Shown here: piece after piece, positions 19,926-28,618 of the stretch
Layout of the letters: each line of letters starts with the position of its first letter
How positions within the stretch are numbered: the first letter of the stretch is position 1
NCBI GenBank assembly: GCA_965223845.1
Contig: CBDCXR010000004.1
Coordinates: forward strand, 7,712,001 to 7,776,000
Length of the DNA: 64,000 nucleotides
Source of the DNA: Planctomycetota bacterium
GTDB taxonomy: Bacteria > Planctomycetota > UBA8108 > SXIK01
Direction of reading: 5' to 3'
Notes under the pieces: generated by a model
Databases searched by the model: none
What the model saw: only the letters and a program-made list of their open reading frames with translations
What the model was told of the DNA's origin: nothing
Position numbers and translations under genes: made by a program

Positions 19926-21344
19926 GTGACGATCGGCGCAGAGGAGTTGGCTGCGCTCGCTCGAGACGCGCTCGACCTCGCCGTTGGCGCGCGAGTCGAG
20001 AACGTTCACGTCTCTCCTGGTGACGTCGTCACGCTCACGCTCTATCAGCGCGGGCGCGGCAAGGGCTTCCTGCTCTTCTGCCTCGAGCCCGAGCTCCGCC
20101 GGTTTCATTTCGTCGCGCACCGACCCCCGGCGCTCGCGGAGGCGTCAGCAGCCGCGAAAACGCTGCGGCGCCATCTCGCTAGGCAACACATCGAGCGACT
20201 CGACTGGAACGAGCGCGGGCTCTGCCTCGAGTTCCCCGAAGGTCTCGGTCTGCGCGTCGATCTCCTTGCGAACTCGCCGCGTCTTCGCCTAGAGCGCGGT
20301 GGCGAAGCTCTCCTCGAGGTCGCCGCGGGCAAGCTCGGTCCGGGGGGCGGTGACGTCGCGGCCGCCGAGCGGACTCGCGCCGGTCTCGTACCGGCGTCGC
20401 ACGCGCGAGTCGCGGCGCGCTATGCGGACGTCGAGAAGGACGTTCACCTCGAGGCGGCGCGGCAGTCGCGTCTGCGCTCCCTCACCCGGGCGCGGCGCCG
20501 TCAGAGGCGGCTCGTCGACAACCTGCTCCGCGATCGCCAGCGAGTCGATACCGCGTCCGACGCTCTCCGCGAGGGCGAGTTGCTGAAGTCCGCGCTCGGA
20601 TCGCTGAAGCGCGGAATGACCGAGGTTGAGATTCCCGATTACTACGCCGAGGGGGCGCCGCTTCGGCGGATTCTCCTCGATCCGCGCCTTTCACCGATCG
20701 AGAACGTCGAGCGGCGGTTTCGCCGTTACAAGAAGCGCGAGCGCGCGCTGCCGATCATCGCGAAACGTCTCGCGCGTGCCGAAGACGGAGCGCGCGAGAT
20801 CGCTTCGCTCCGGGAGCGCGTGGCCGCGGCGGAGTCGATCGAGGAGCTCTCCGCTCTCGACGCGGCGATCTCGCGCTTCGCCCGGGAGAAAGGAGTCCGC
20901 CAGAAAGGCGCGGCTCGGACGGCGAGAGCCGGGCCTCGTCGCTTCGTCTCGGCCGATGGCATCGAGATCCTCGTCGGACGAAACGCCCGTGGGAACGACG
21001 AGCTGACGTTTCGCATCGCGCGAGGAAACGACCTCTTCCTTCACGCGAGCGGCGTCGTAGGCTCGCACGTTATCGTGCGCGCCCCCGTCGAGTCGGTCCC
21101 GCCGGAGACTCTCATCGACGCGGCGCATCTCGCCGTCTACTACAGCGGACCGCGGCGCGACCGCGTCGCAGCGGGCGGCGAGGTCGATTACACGTCCGTG
21201 AAGCACCTCCGGCGGGTGAAGGGCGGACCGCCCGGGCGGGTCCTCTTTACGGATCACCGCAGTCTTCGCGTCCGCTGGGAGCCCGAACGATTCGCGCGAC
21301 TGCGCGGCGAGGACGCCGATCCGCCGCGAGGCGAGTCCCGTTGA
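19926..21344 (+). CDS. NFACT / RqcH (FbpA-DUF814) ribosome quality-control family protein
   Basis: LDPRLSPIENVERRF..YKK coiled-coil region and NFACT-R motif ILVGRNARGNDELTF..DLFLHA..GSHVIV. Confidence 0.85.
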   Translation: MTIGAEELAALARDALDLAVGARVENVHVSPGDVVTLTLYQRGRGKGFLLFCLEPELRRFHFVAHRPPALAEASAAAKTLRRHLARQHIERLDWNERGLCLEFPEGLGLRVDLLANSPRLRLERGGEALLEVAAGKLGPGGGDVAAAERTRAGLVPASHARVAARYADVEKDVHLEAARQSRLRSLTRARRRQRRLVDNLLRDRQRVDTASDALREGELLKSALGSLKRGMTEVEIPDYYAEGAPLRRILLDPRLSPIENVERRFRRYKKRERALPIIAKRLARAEDGAREIASLRERVAAAESIEELSALDAAISRFAREKGVRQKGAARTARAGPRRFVSADGIEILVGRNARGNDELTFRIARGNDLFLHASGVVGSHVIVRAPVESVPPETLIDAAHLAVYYSGPRRDRVAAGGEVDYTSVKHLRRVKGGPPGRVLFTDHRSLRVRWEPERFARLRGEDADPPRGESR

Positions 21345-21453
21345 TGGAGCGTGCGCTCGAAGCACCAGAGGAAGCGGGGGGCGCGAGGCGGCGGAACGCG
21401 TAAACACGGCCGGATTCTCGCGCTCGGAGTACGCGCCGCGCCCCGCTGTAACA

Positions 21454-21482
21454 TTGACCTGCCAACAGAGTTATGCTACGAT
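21454..21482 (+). promoter_or_regulatory. Sigma70-type promoter
   Basis: TTGACC-N17-TACGAT with an extended -10 TG, in an AT-richer intergenic patch. Confidence 0.55.
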
Positions 21483-21600
21483 TAGAAGTCTCTTGAGCCC
21501 GCCGTCCGGCGCGGCTCCTCTCCGAGAGAAATCAGAAGAGTTCAGCCGAAGAGTACCGACGAGTATCGCCGTCGATACCACTGCCGACGAGGTTCCCGCT

Positions 21601-22308
21601 ATGTCTGCAGCGTGCCGTCCGTTCGTCCGGGTAGCTGCTTGTTCCGTGTTCAGCGTTCTCCTCTTTTCCTGCTCCGGCTCGGAGAAGCTCTCGGTCACCG
21701 AGAAGGCCCGCCGGATCACCGAGAAGCGCGCGGAGGCGAAAAACGCCTACGACGCGTACGTGAACTCCGACTACACCGATCTCGAATCGCTTCAGGCTTG
21801 CGCGGATGCCTACGTCGAGTCGACCAAGATCGCGCCCGGAAGCTGCAATCTCTGCTTCTACCACGCCGGTCGCGCGCTGCGGGCGGTTGGGAATCACTAC
21901 CGCACCCTGATTGCACAGCTCGATGAGGAGCGGCGGCGCGGCGGCGACGCGAGCGCCATAGAGAAAACGGTCGAGAGTTACCGGGAGCTCGTGCGCGAAA
22001 ACTACCGCGAATCGAATCGGATGTACCAGTCGTACTTCCGTCGCGAAGGCACCTACGCGCATCCCGACGCCCATCTCGACTCGGTCGACAACTTCGCCCA
22101 GCTCGGTGAGTACGATCGAGCGCTTTATCACCTCGGTGTGTTCGAGGAGATCATCGACGAGCGGAGCCAGCTCGGCGAGACGAATCGCACCGAGATCGCG
22201 CGGCTGCGTCGCACACTCGAGACGCGCCGGCGCGTCGCAGAGGATCGGCGCATCGAAGAGGAACTCTCGGAAACGGACCGAGACCACCGTCCGCGCTTCA
22301 GCAACTGA
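21601..22308 (+). CDS. Predicted lipoprotein, helical/TPR-like
   Basis: Lipobox-like LLFSC after a hydrophobic stretch; helical body with a CNLC motif. Confidence 0.65.
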   Translation: MSAACRPFVRVAACSVFSVLLFSCSGSEKLSVTEKARRITEKRAEAKNAYDAYVNSDYTDLESLQACADAYVESTKIAPGSCNLCFYHAGRALRAVGNHYRTLIAQLDEERRRGGDASAIEKTVESYRELVRENYRESNRMYQSYFRREGTYAHPDAHLDSVDNFAQLGEYDRALYHLGVFEEIIDERSQLGETNRTEIARLRRTLETRRRVAEDRRIEEELSETDRDHRPRFSN

Positions 22309-22723
22309 TCGCGTTTCGCAATCAGGGGCGGACAAAGCTGCCGAACGCATCGAGCCGTTTCCCGACGCGATGCGCGTTCCCATCGGGCGGCGGGGACGGA
22401 CCCGCTCCGATCGCGGCCCTCGCACGGGCCGGAAATGTGTGACGCCGCCGGAGCCGCAGCTTCCGCGCGAGGCCGGTACGGCCTTCCGCTCCTAAGCCGG
22501 TCTGGCGCGGTCCGTTTGGCGGTCCCTGAGGGCGATGCTATTCTTCGATACCCCGAAGGAAGCCGGCGGGTTCCGCCCGCGGATCGGCTCCTTTGGGACC
22601 GAGGTGCATCCTCTACTTCGGACGCATCGCCACTCGACCTTTCGAGGTCATCCCGCCTTCGCGGGCGACGATCCCCGTCGCCCGCTTCGCCCCAGCCCGC
22701 TACGGATACTCCGGACTCTGCCC

Positions 22724-23578
22724 ATGCCGGAAGCGATCGACATCAAGAGTGTCATCCAGGGTAGCACCTGCGATATGACCGTGGACTCCCTCACGAAGAA
22801 GGGAGTGAAGCAGGTCAAGGTCCTCAATCAGGCCACGATCACTCGATTGATCTCCGAAACGATCGACCAGGTGCTCGCGGAGCGTTCGGAGGACATCAGT
22901 GCGCGCGAGCGGCAGCGAGTCGCGGCGCAGGCGCAAGACCGGCTGCAAAACAGCATCGGCGATCTCGCTCGTCTCCGCGCGCAGGTGGCGCAACTGACGG
23001 AGTCGAACAAGGCCTACTCGGAGGAACACGACCGTCTCCGGACGCGCCTCCAGTCGCTCGTCGACGCCCAGGCCGAGCGCGACCAGCTCTCGCAGCAGCT
23101 CCAGTCGTCGCGCGAAGAGATTCTTCGGCTCCAGCGGTCTTCGGCGAGCGCGTCGGAGGCAGCGGTCGAGCTCGAATCCTCACGGCAGCGCGCGGCGCAG
23201 CTCGAAGGTCAGCTTACCGCGCTCACGCAGCAGCTCTCGCAGCTTCAATCGAGCGCCGGCTCGAGCCCGGAGCTCCAGCAGATTCTGGAATTGTTGAGCA
23301 CCAAGTCGGACGGCAGCGCGCAGGCCGGCGGCGACGTCCTATCGGCGCTCACGAAGCTCACCGAAAAGGTCGAGCGAATCACGGCCAGTGGTGGAAGCGG
23401 TGGAGCCGGCGGATTCGCGGATATCGCACCGCCGGATGAAACGGCTCTCGAGTTCCTCGTGAAGGGCGAGGGACCGGTCGAGAGCAATATCGACACCGTC
23501 GAAGTGAAGAAGAAGTCTGCGGGTGACGTTAAAGGCGCCCTCGCCAAACTGAAAAAGCTTCAACAAGGAGGAGAGTAA
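22724..23578 (+). CDS. Coiled-coil protein coupled to the actin-like gene
   Basis: Long Q/E/L heptad region; amphipathic C-terminal helix DVKGALAKLKKLQ; TAATG overlap and AGGAGGAG RBS for the next gene. Confidence 0.8.
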   Translation: MPEAIDIKSVIQGSTCDMTVDSLTKKGVKQVKVLNQATITRLISETIDQVLAERSEDISARERQRVAAQAQDRLQNSIGDLARLRAQVAQLTESNKAYSEEHDRLRTRLQSLVDAQAERDQLSQQLQSSREEILRLQRSSASASEAAVELESSRQRAAQLEGQLTALTQQLSQLQSSAGSSPELQQILELLSTKSDGSAQAGGDVLSALTKLTEKVERITASGGSGGAGGFADIAPPDETALEFLVKGEGPVESNIDTVEVKKKSAGDVKGALAKLKKLQQGGE

Positions 23579-24639
23579 TGTCACAAGGCACCGATGGCGG
23601 TTCCCAGGTAGCGGAGCCAGTCGCCGGGGGCGCGGCGGTGGGCGGCGGTCAGTTCGCTCCGGGTCGTGGCCTGGATGTCGGTACGGCCAACTTGGTCAGC
23701 AGCGTGCAGGATCATTCCGGCAACGTCACGATCAAGATCCAGCGGAACGCCTTTATCGACGTCAACGCGGACGACTACACGAAGAACATGCTCTCGAAGC
23801 TGAACGTGCAGTACGTCGTCATCGACGGTCGCATGATCGTCGTTGGTGACCCCGCGTTCGAGCTCGCGAACATCCTCAACAAGGAAACGCGGCGTCCGAT
23901 GAAGGACGGCGTGATCAGCCCCGCCGAAGCGGACGCGATGCCGGTCGAGAAGATCATCCTCGCGAATCTGCTCGGTGAGCCGAACTTTCCGAAGGAGAAG
24001 GTGTACTACTCGGTTCCGGCCGACCCGATCGACGCCGACTTCAACGTCGTCTATCACAAGGGCGTGTTCGGTGGGCTCCTGAAGAAGCTCGGATACGCAC
24101 CGAAGCCGCTCCAGGAAGGGCACGCGGTGGTTTTCTCCGAGCTCGCCGAAGACGATTTCACCGGAATCGGAATCTCCTGCGGCGGCGGAATGTTCAACAT
24201 CTGCGTCGCGTACAAGTCGATCCCCGCGCTCACCTTCTCGACGAGCAAGGGCGGCGACTGGATCGATCGCAATGTCGCGACCGTGCTCGGGATCAAGGCC
24301 TCCCGCGCGACGGCGATCAAGGAGCGCGGAGTCAATCTCCTCAGCCCGCGGAATCGCGAAGAGGAAGCGGTCGAGATCTACTACCGAAACCTGATCTCTT
24401 ACACGCTCGAGTCGATCAAGAAGCGCTTCGAGTCGTCCGAGGGCATGCCCTCGTTCCCCGAGCCGGTCGAGATCGTCTGCGCGGGCGGGACCTCGATGAT
24501 CGGTGGCTTCGTCGAGATCTTCCAGGACGAGTTCGAGTCGATCAACTTCCCGATCGAAGTGAAGGGAATCCGTCGCGCCGACGATCCCCTCTTCAGCGTC
24601 GCGAAGGGTTGCCTCGTCGCCGCCCTCTCGGACGTCTGA
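23578..24639 (+). CDS. Actin-superfamily ATPase, volactin-like (not MreB/FtsA)
   Basis: Phosphate-1 GLDVGTAN, phosphate-2 GISCGGG, GGDWID, adenosine AGGTS, C-terminal SVAKG; NKETRRPM and PADPID segments recalled from haloarchaeal volactin. Confidence 0.8.
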   Translation: MSQGTDGGSQVAEPVAGGAAVGGGQFAPGRGLDVGTANLVSSVQDHSGNVTIKIQRNAFIDVNADDYTKNMLSKLNVQYVVIDGRMIVVGDPAFELANILNKETRRPMKDGVISPAEADAMPVEKIILANLLGEPNFPKEKVYYSVPADPIDADFNVVYHKGVFGGLLKKLGYAPKPLQEGHAVVFSELAEDDFTGIGISCGGGMFNICVAYKSIPALTFSTSKGGDWIDRNVATVLGIKASRATAIKERGVNLLSPRNREEEAVEIYYRNLISYTLESIKKRFESSEGMPSFPEPVEIVCAGGTSMIGGFVEIFQDEFESINFPIEVKGIRRADDPLFSVAKGCLVAALSDV

Positions 24640-24686
24640 TCAGGCGCCGCCTCGGCTCCGACGAGCCGAGGGGAAGATGAACTCTG

Positions 24687-24731
24687 CCGCGAGCTCCCGA
24701 TGCCGAAAGCTTCCGGGGCTCGCGGTTTTTT
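24687..24731 (+). terminator. Intrinsic terminator after the actin-like gene
   Basis: CCGCGAGCTCC pairs with GGGGCTCGCGG followed by T6; second hairpin CCTCGGCTC/GAGCCGAGG at 24650-24671. Confidence 0.6.
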
Positions 24732-24826
24732 CTTGGTTCGTGGCCTCGAGTTCAGCCGCCGGCGAAGCCGCGGACTTCACCGGATTCGGTGCGCGCAACG
24801 ACGACGCATCGATGCTCTGTTCCCGG

Positions 24827-25861
24827 TCACGACGTCGCGGTCGCATCGGGTGGGGACTGCGGCCGCCCGGAATCGACGCGCTCCGAAGTGCCTTCCGCAG
24901 CCTCCCTCTCCTCGTCTTCCGCCATCTTCCGAAGTGCGCGTCGAAAGCGAATCCGGTGTCGCACGATCGCTGCGACGGCGAGGATCGCGCTCACGGTCCA
25001 AAAGTTGAGGAGTCCGATGATCGACCACGGAAGCGAGCTCCGGGCGGCCAGCCAGTCGGCGAACGCGTCGTCGAGCTCACTCTCCGCGACTCCCGTCACG
25101 CGCGCGAGTCGGGCGTGCGAGTCGCCGCCGCGGACGCTCTCGACGAGTCGCGGAACGATTCCTTCACCGTGCCGCTCGACGAGGAACTCGATCCAGGCGT
25201 AGCTCTGAAGATACGCGAGCGAGCTCTGTCGGTGTGCGCGGGGAAACTCGTCGCGGAGCTTCTCGAGCGAGTAGATTCCGCCGACGCGCGCCGCGATTCC
25301 GAGATGGGATTCGTCGCTCGGCGACGGACGATGATCCGAGACCCACATCGCGAGGCCTTCGTCTAGCCAGCGAGGGATCTCTTCCGCGCCCTGATGGAGG
25401 ATGAGATGCGCGATCTCGTGACGGAGCGTCTCCGCGAACGGGCTGTACCTGAGAATCAGCCCACCGCGGAGAACGAGGGTCCTCAGTGACGGAACTGCGA
25501 CGCCCACGGCGCCTTCGGGAGGCGATCCACCGCGGGTGAGCTGACCCACGACGCGGCGAAACTCGGGGTCGTCCGGTGTGAGGACGACCCGGATCGGAGT
25601 CTCGAGCTCTCGACCCAGCCGGGTCCCGATCTCACCGGCCACGCGGGGCAGCGACTGGCTCAGTCGCTCGACTTCGCTCTCCGACCAGCCCGTCGCGTCG
25701 ATCGGGCCCACCGCCGACGCGGTCCGGGTGTACCCCTCGAGTGGGACTCCGCCGAGCTGAGCGACGAGCGCGACGATGGCGAGAGCAGAAGCGATCACCG
25801 CACGTGCCTCCGAGCTGATTCGAGTCGATCCAACGCCAACAGACCCCGCCGATGCTGTCAT
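24827..25861 (-). CDS. Peptidase MA-like zinc metallopeptidase, membrane-anchored
   Basis: LRHEIAH (HExxH) followed by PRWLDEGLA; N- and C-terminal hydrophobic helices. Confidence 0.8.
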   Translation of the reverse strand: MTASAGSVGVGSTRISSEARAVIASALAIVALVAQLGGVPLEGYTRTASAVGPIDATGWSESEVERLSQSLPRVAGEIGTRLGRELETPIRVVLTPDDPEFRRVVGQLTRGGSPPEGAVGVAVPSLRTLVLRGGLILRYSPFAETLRHEIAHLILHQGAEEIPRWLDEGLAMWVSDHRPSPSDESHLGIAARVGGIYSLEKLRDEFPRAHRQSSLAYLQSYAWIEFLVERHGEGIVPRLVESVRGGDSHARLARVTGVAESELDDAFADWLAARSSLPWSIIGLLNFWTVSAILAVAAIVRHRIRFRRALRKMAEDEEREAAEGTSERVDSGRPQSPPDATATS

Positions 25862-25923
25862 TCTGACGCACGCAACTTGTTGTTCAACGTCCGGGTTCTA
25901 TAATCGGGCCTTCGACTGTCAGA

Positions 25924-26745
25924 ATGGCTGGCAAGCGAACTCGACGCGATGGGGGGCGACCATTGAGTGAGACCGTGGATACCCGCGGGAGCGGATCGAG
26001 CGACTGGGACTTCGACGTCGCCGCGATGGCCGGGAGCCTCGTCCACGAAATCAAGAATCCGCTGAGCACGATCGGGATCAACGCGCAGCTCCTCCTCGAG
26101 GAGTGGAAGGATGCCGAATCGACCCGCGAGCTTCGCGCGCGGAAGCGTCTCGAGATCATCTCGTCCGAAGTGCAGCGTCTCGAGGGCATCGTCGAGTCGT
26201 TCCTCCGCTTCACCGAGCGCCACGAGCTTCGGCGAGAGCCGACGAATCTGAACGATCTCGTCACGGATCTCGAAGAGGTGAGCGCATCGAAGGCGGCTCA
26301 GAGCGGCGTGACGACGCTTCTCGGGCTCGATCCCGATTTTGCGCTCGCCGACGTCGACCCCAGTCTCGTGCGTCAGGTCGTGCTCAACTTGATCTTGAAC
26401 GCGATTCACGCCATGGCGGAAAGCGGGGGAGAGTTGATCCTCCGCACGCGGGCGGTCACGCGCGACGGTACGCCGTGGTGCGTGGTCGATGTCGTCGACA
26501 CCGGCTGCGGCATGAGCGAGCGCGTCCGGGAGCGCGTCTTCGACCTCTATTACTCGACGCGACGCGACGGGAACGGACTCGGCCTCGCAACGTCGAAGCG
26601 CATCGTCGATGAGCACGGAGGGTGGATCGAAGTCTCGAGCGAAGAAGGGAAAGGGAGCCAGTTCAGCGTCTATCTTCCGGTCGCGCCGGCGGGCGCGGGA
26701 ACGCAGGATCCCGGCGCGGAGCCGAGCGAGACGGAGGCGAGCTGA
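25924..26745 (+). CDS. Soluble histidine kinase (HisKA + HATPase) without a sensor domain
   Basis: H-box VHEIKNPL, N-box NLILNAIHA, DTGCG, GNGLGL; possible TATAAT -10 at 25899-25904. Confidence 0.9.
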   Translation: MAGKRTRRDGGRPLSETVDTRGSGSSDWDFDVAAMAGSLVHEIKNPLSTIGINAQLLLEEWKDAESTRELRARKRLEIISSEVQRLEGIVESFLRFTERHELRREPTNLNDLVTDLEEVSASKAAQSGVTTLLGLDPDFALADVDPSLVRQVVLNLILNAIHAMAESGGELILRTRAVTRDGTPWCVVDVVDTGCGMSERVRERVFDLYYSTRRDGNGLGLATSKRIVDEHGGWIEVSSEEGKGSQFSVYLPVAPAGAGTQDPGAEPSETEAS

Positions 26746-28220
26746 TGGCGAAAGCCGACGAGAAAAAGACCCAACTCGCGATCGTGGACGAGCCGGCAGA
26801 AGCCGAGACGTCGTTTCCGCGCGAGCCGGAGCCCGCGTCCGACGAAAGCGACCGCAGCTCGGACGATTCCTTGGGGCGCGTTCTCATCGTCGACGATGAT
26901 CCGCACCACGCCGAGAGCACCGCCGACGTCCTCAGCACGGTGGGATACCGGTGCGACACGGCCGGGAGCGCAGAAGCTGCGCTCGAGCGGCTCCGCGAAC
27001 GCGAGTACGACCTCGTCCTCACCGATCTCGTCCTCGGCGATTTAGACGGTATGGAGGTCCTTCGCGGTGCGCTCCAGATCAATCCTCTCATCGCGGTCAT
27101 CGTCTTCACCGGCCACGCGACGGTCGAGACCGCGGTCGAAGCGTTGAAGCGCGGCGCGGTCGATTACCTCATGAAGCCGCTCAACATCGACGGTCTTCGC
27201 ATCCGCGTGAAGAAGGCGCTCGAGCGGCAGGAGCTCGTCCGCATCAACCGCGACCTCGAGAAGCGCCTCGACAGCAAGTTCGGTTTTGAAGGCATCATCG
27301 GCAACAGCGAGCCGATGCGCGAGACGATCGAGCTCATGAAGCAGATCGTCGACACGGATGTCTCGGTGCTGATCACCGGCGAGAACGGTACCGGGAAGGA
27401 GCTGATCGCGCGCGCGATTCACGAGAACAGCGGCCGGCGTCACCGCGCGCTCGTTCCGCTCAACTGCGCGGCTCTCTCCTCGCAGCTGGTCGAAAGCGAA
27501 CTCTTCGGGCACGAGAAGGGAGCGTTCACCGGCGCGCAGAACCAAAAGAAGGGGCGGTTCGAGTTCGCGAACCACGGGACGCTCTTTCTCGACGAGGTGG
27601 GGGACATCCCGATCGACACCCAGGTCAAGCTCCTCCGCGTGCTCGAGTCGGGCGAGGTGATGCGCGTCGGATCCAACGAGGTGATCCGCGTCGATGTTCG
27701 GTTGATTTCGGCGACGAACCGCGACCTCGAGCAACTCATCGCCGAGGGGAAGTTTCGCGAGGACCTCTACTACCGACTCAAGGTGGTGACGATCCACCTT
27801 CCGCCGCTCCGCGATCGCGGTCCCGACATCACGCTTCTCATCGACCACTTCGTCCGCGAGTTCGCGCGAATCTACAAGAAGCCGATCACCGGGATTACGC
27901 GCGAGGCGATCACCGTGCTTCAGACCTACCGCTGGCCGGGGAACGTACGCGAACTGAAGCACGCGGTTGAGAACATGGTGGTCGTCTCCCGCGGTCCGGT
28001 GCTCGGGGTCGACAGCCTGCCGCAGAGCATTCACCGCGCCGAGAAGGTCGCGAGCGTCGGGCTCGGGTCGATCGTGGGAATGACCAGCGAGGAGCTCGAC
28101 CGGGAGCACGTCCGGCTCACGCTCGAGCACGTCGGGGGAAATCGCCAGGCGGCCGCGAAGATGCTCGGCATCGGAGAGCGGACGCTGTACCGTAAGCTGA
28201 ATCGCTACGGGCTGTCGTGA
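26745..28220 (+). CDS. NtrC-family sigma54-dependent response regulator
   Basis: Receiver VLIVDDD..LTDL..KP; GENGTGKE, ELFGHEKGAFTGA, WPGNVREL, HTH; TGATG overlap with kinase stop. Confidence 0.95.
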   Translation: MAKADEKKTQLAIVDEPAEAETSFPREPEPASDESDRSSDDSLGRVLIVDDDPHHAESTADVLSTVGYRCDTAGSAEAALERLREREYDLVLTDLVLGDLDGMEVLRGALQINPLIAVIVFTGHATVETAVEALKRGAVDYLMKPLNIDGLRIRVKKALERQELVRINRDLEKRLDSKFGFEGIIGNSEPMRETIELMKQIVDTDVSVLITGENGTGKELIARAIHENSGRRHRALVPLNCAALSSQLVESELFGHEKGAFTGAQNQKKGRFEFANHGTLFLDEVGDIPIDTQVKLLRVLESGEVMRVGSNEVIRVDVRLISATNRDLEQLIAEGKFREDLYYRLKVVTIHLPPLRDRGPDITLLIDHFVREFARIYKKPITGITREAITVLQTYRWPGNVRELKHAVENMVVVSRGPVLGVDSLPQSIHRAEKVASVGLGSIVGMTSEELDREHVRLTLEHVGGNRQAAAKMLGIGERTLYRKLNRYGLS

Positions 28221-28278
28221 CGGGCCGCTCCGGGCGTGACCCCACCGCGCGGCGAAGCGTCGGGGTGCGCGCGCTGCG

Positions 28279-28338
28279 CTGCCAGCCTGGCAGTTGGATA
28301 GCCTCGAGAGCCCCCGGCGGAGCCTGTCATTTTGACGG
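28279..28338. promoter_or_regulatory. Two 15-bp palindromes, candidate enhancer sites upstream of dnaK
   Basis: CTGCCA-GCC-TGGCAG (28279-28293) and CTGTCA-TTT-TGACGG (28324-28338) share the same geometry, 45 bp apart. Confidence 0.55.
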
Positions 28339-28414
28339 CTGCGCTCGGTTCGGACGCGGCCGCCGTCTTTTTAAGTCATTTGAATATAATGGGTTGCGTG
28401 GTGTCCGCGTCTTG

Positions 28415-28430
28415 CGGAACGAGGTTTGCT
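28415..28430 (+). promoter_or_regulatory. Candidate sigma54 (-24/-12) promoter for dnaK
   Basis: CGGAACGAGGTTTGCT with GG-N10-GC spacing, preceded by an AT-rich IHF-like tract at about 28368-28397. Confidence 0.55.
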
Positions 28431-28618
28431 TTTCTCACTGGCGACGTGTCCCGGTGCCCGATTGCCAAGCGAAGCGGGTTTCGGGGCGAGACTGGGTTTG
28501 TCCAGACCGGGCAGTAACGGGCCGAAATGAGAAACATTGAGTCCCGTCGGCTGAGCACAAGGAACCGCTGAGCTCGCGAGACCGCAAGTCGACGCCGGAC
28601 GGGTGAAGGAGGTAATCC

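Noticed and set aside
23578-24639. Calling the actin-like gene mreB or ftsA
   Set aside because: It lacks MreB-typical motifs (e.g. IEEP.AAAIG, VDIGGGT) and the mreCD or dcw context
28288-28303. TGGCAGTTGGATAGCC as the dnaK sigma54 promoter
   Set aside because: Spacing fits but the -12 TTGC is poor and it overlaps a palindrome better explained as an enhancer; 28415-28430 fits better
28536-28557. HAIR (HspR) or CIRCE operator before dnaK
   Set aside because: Only one half-site (TTGAGT) matches; no inverted partner
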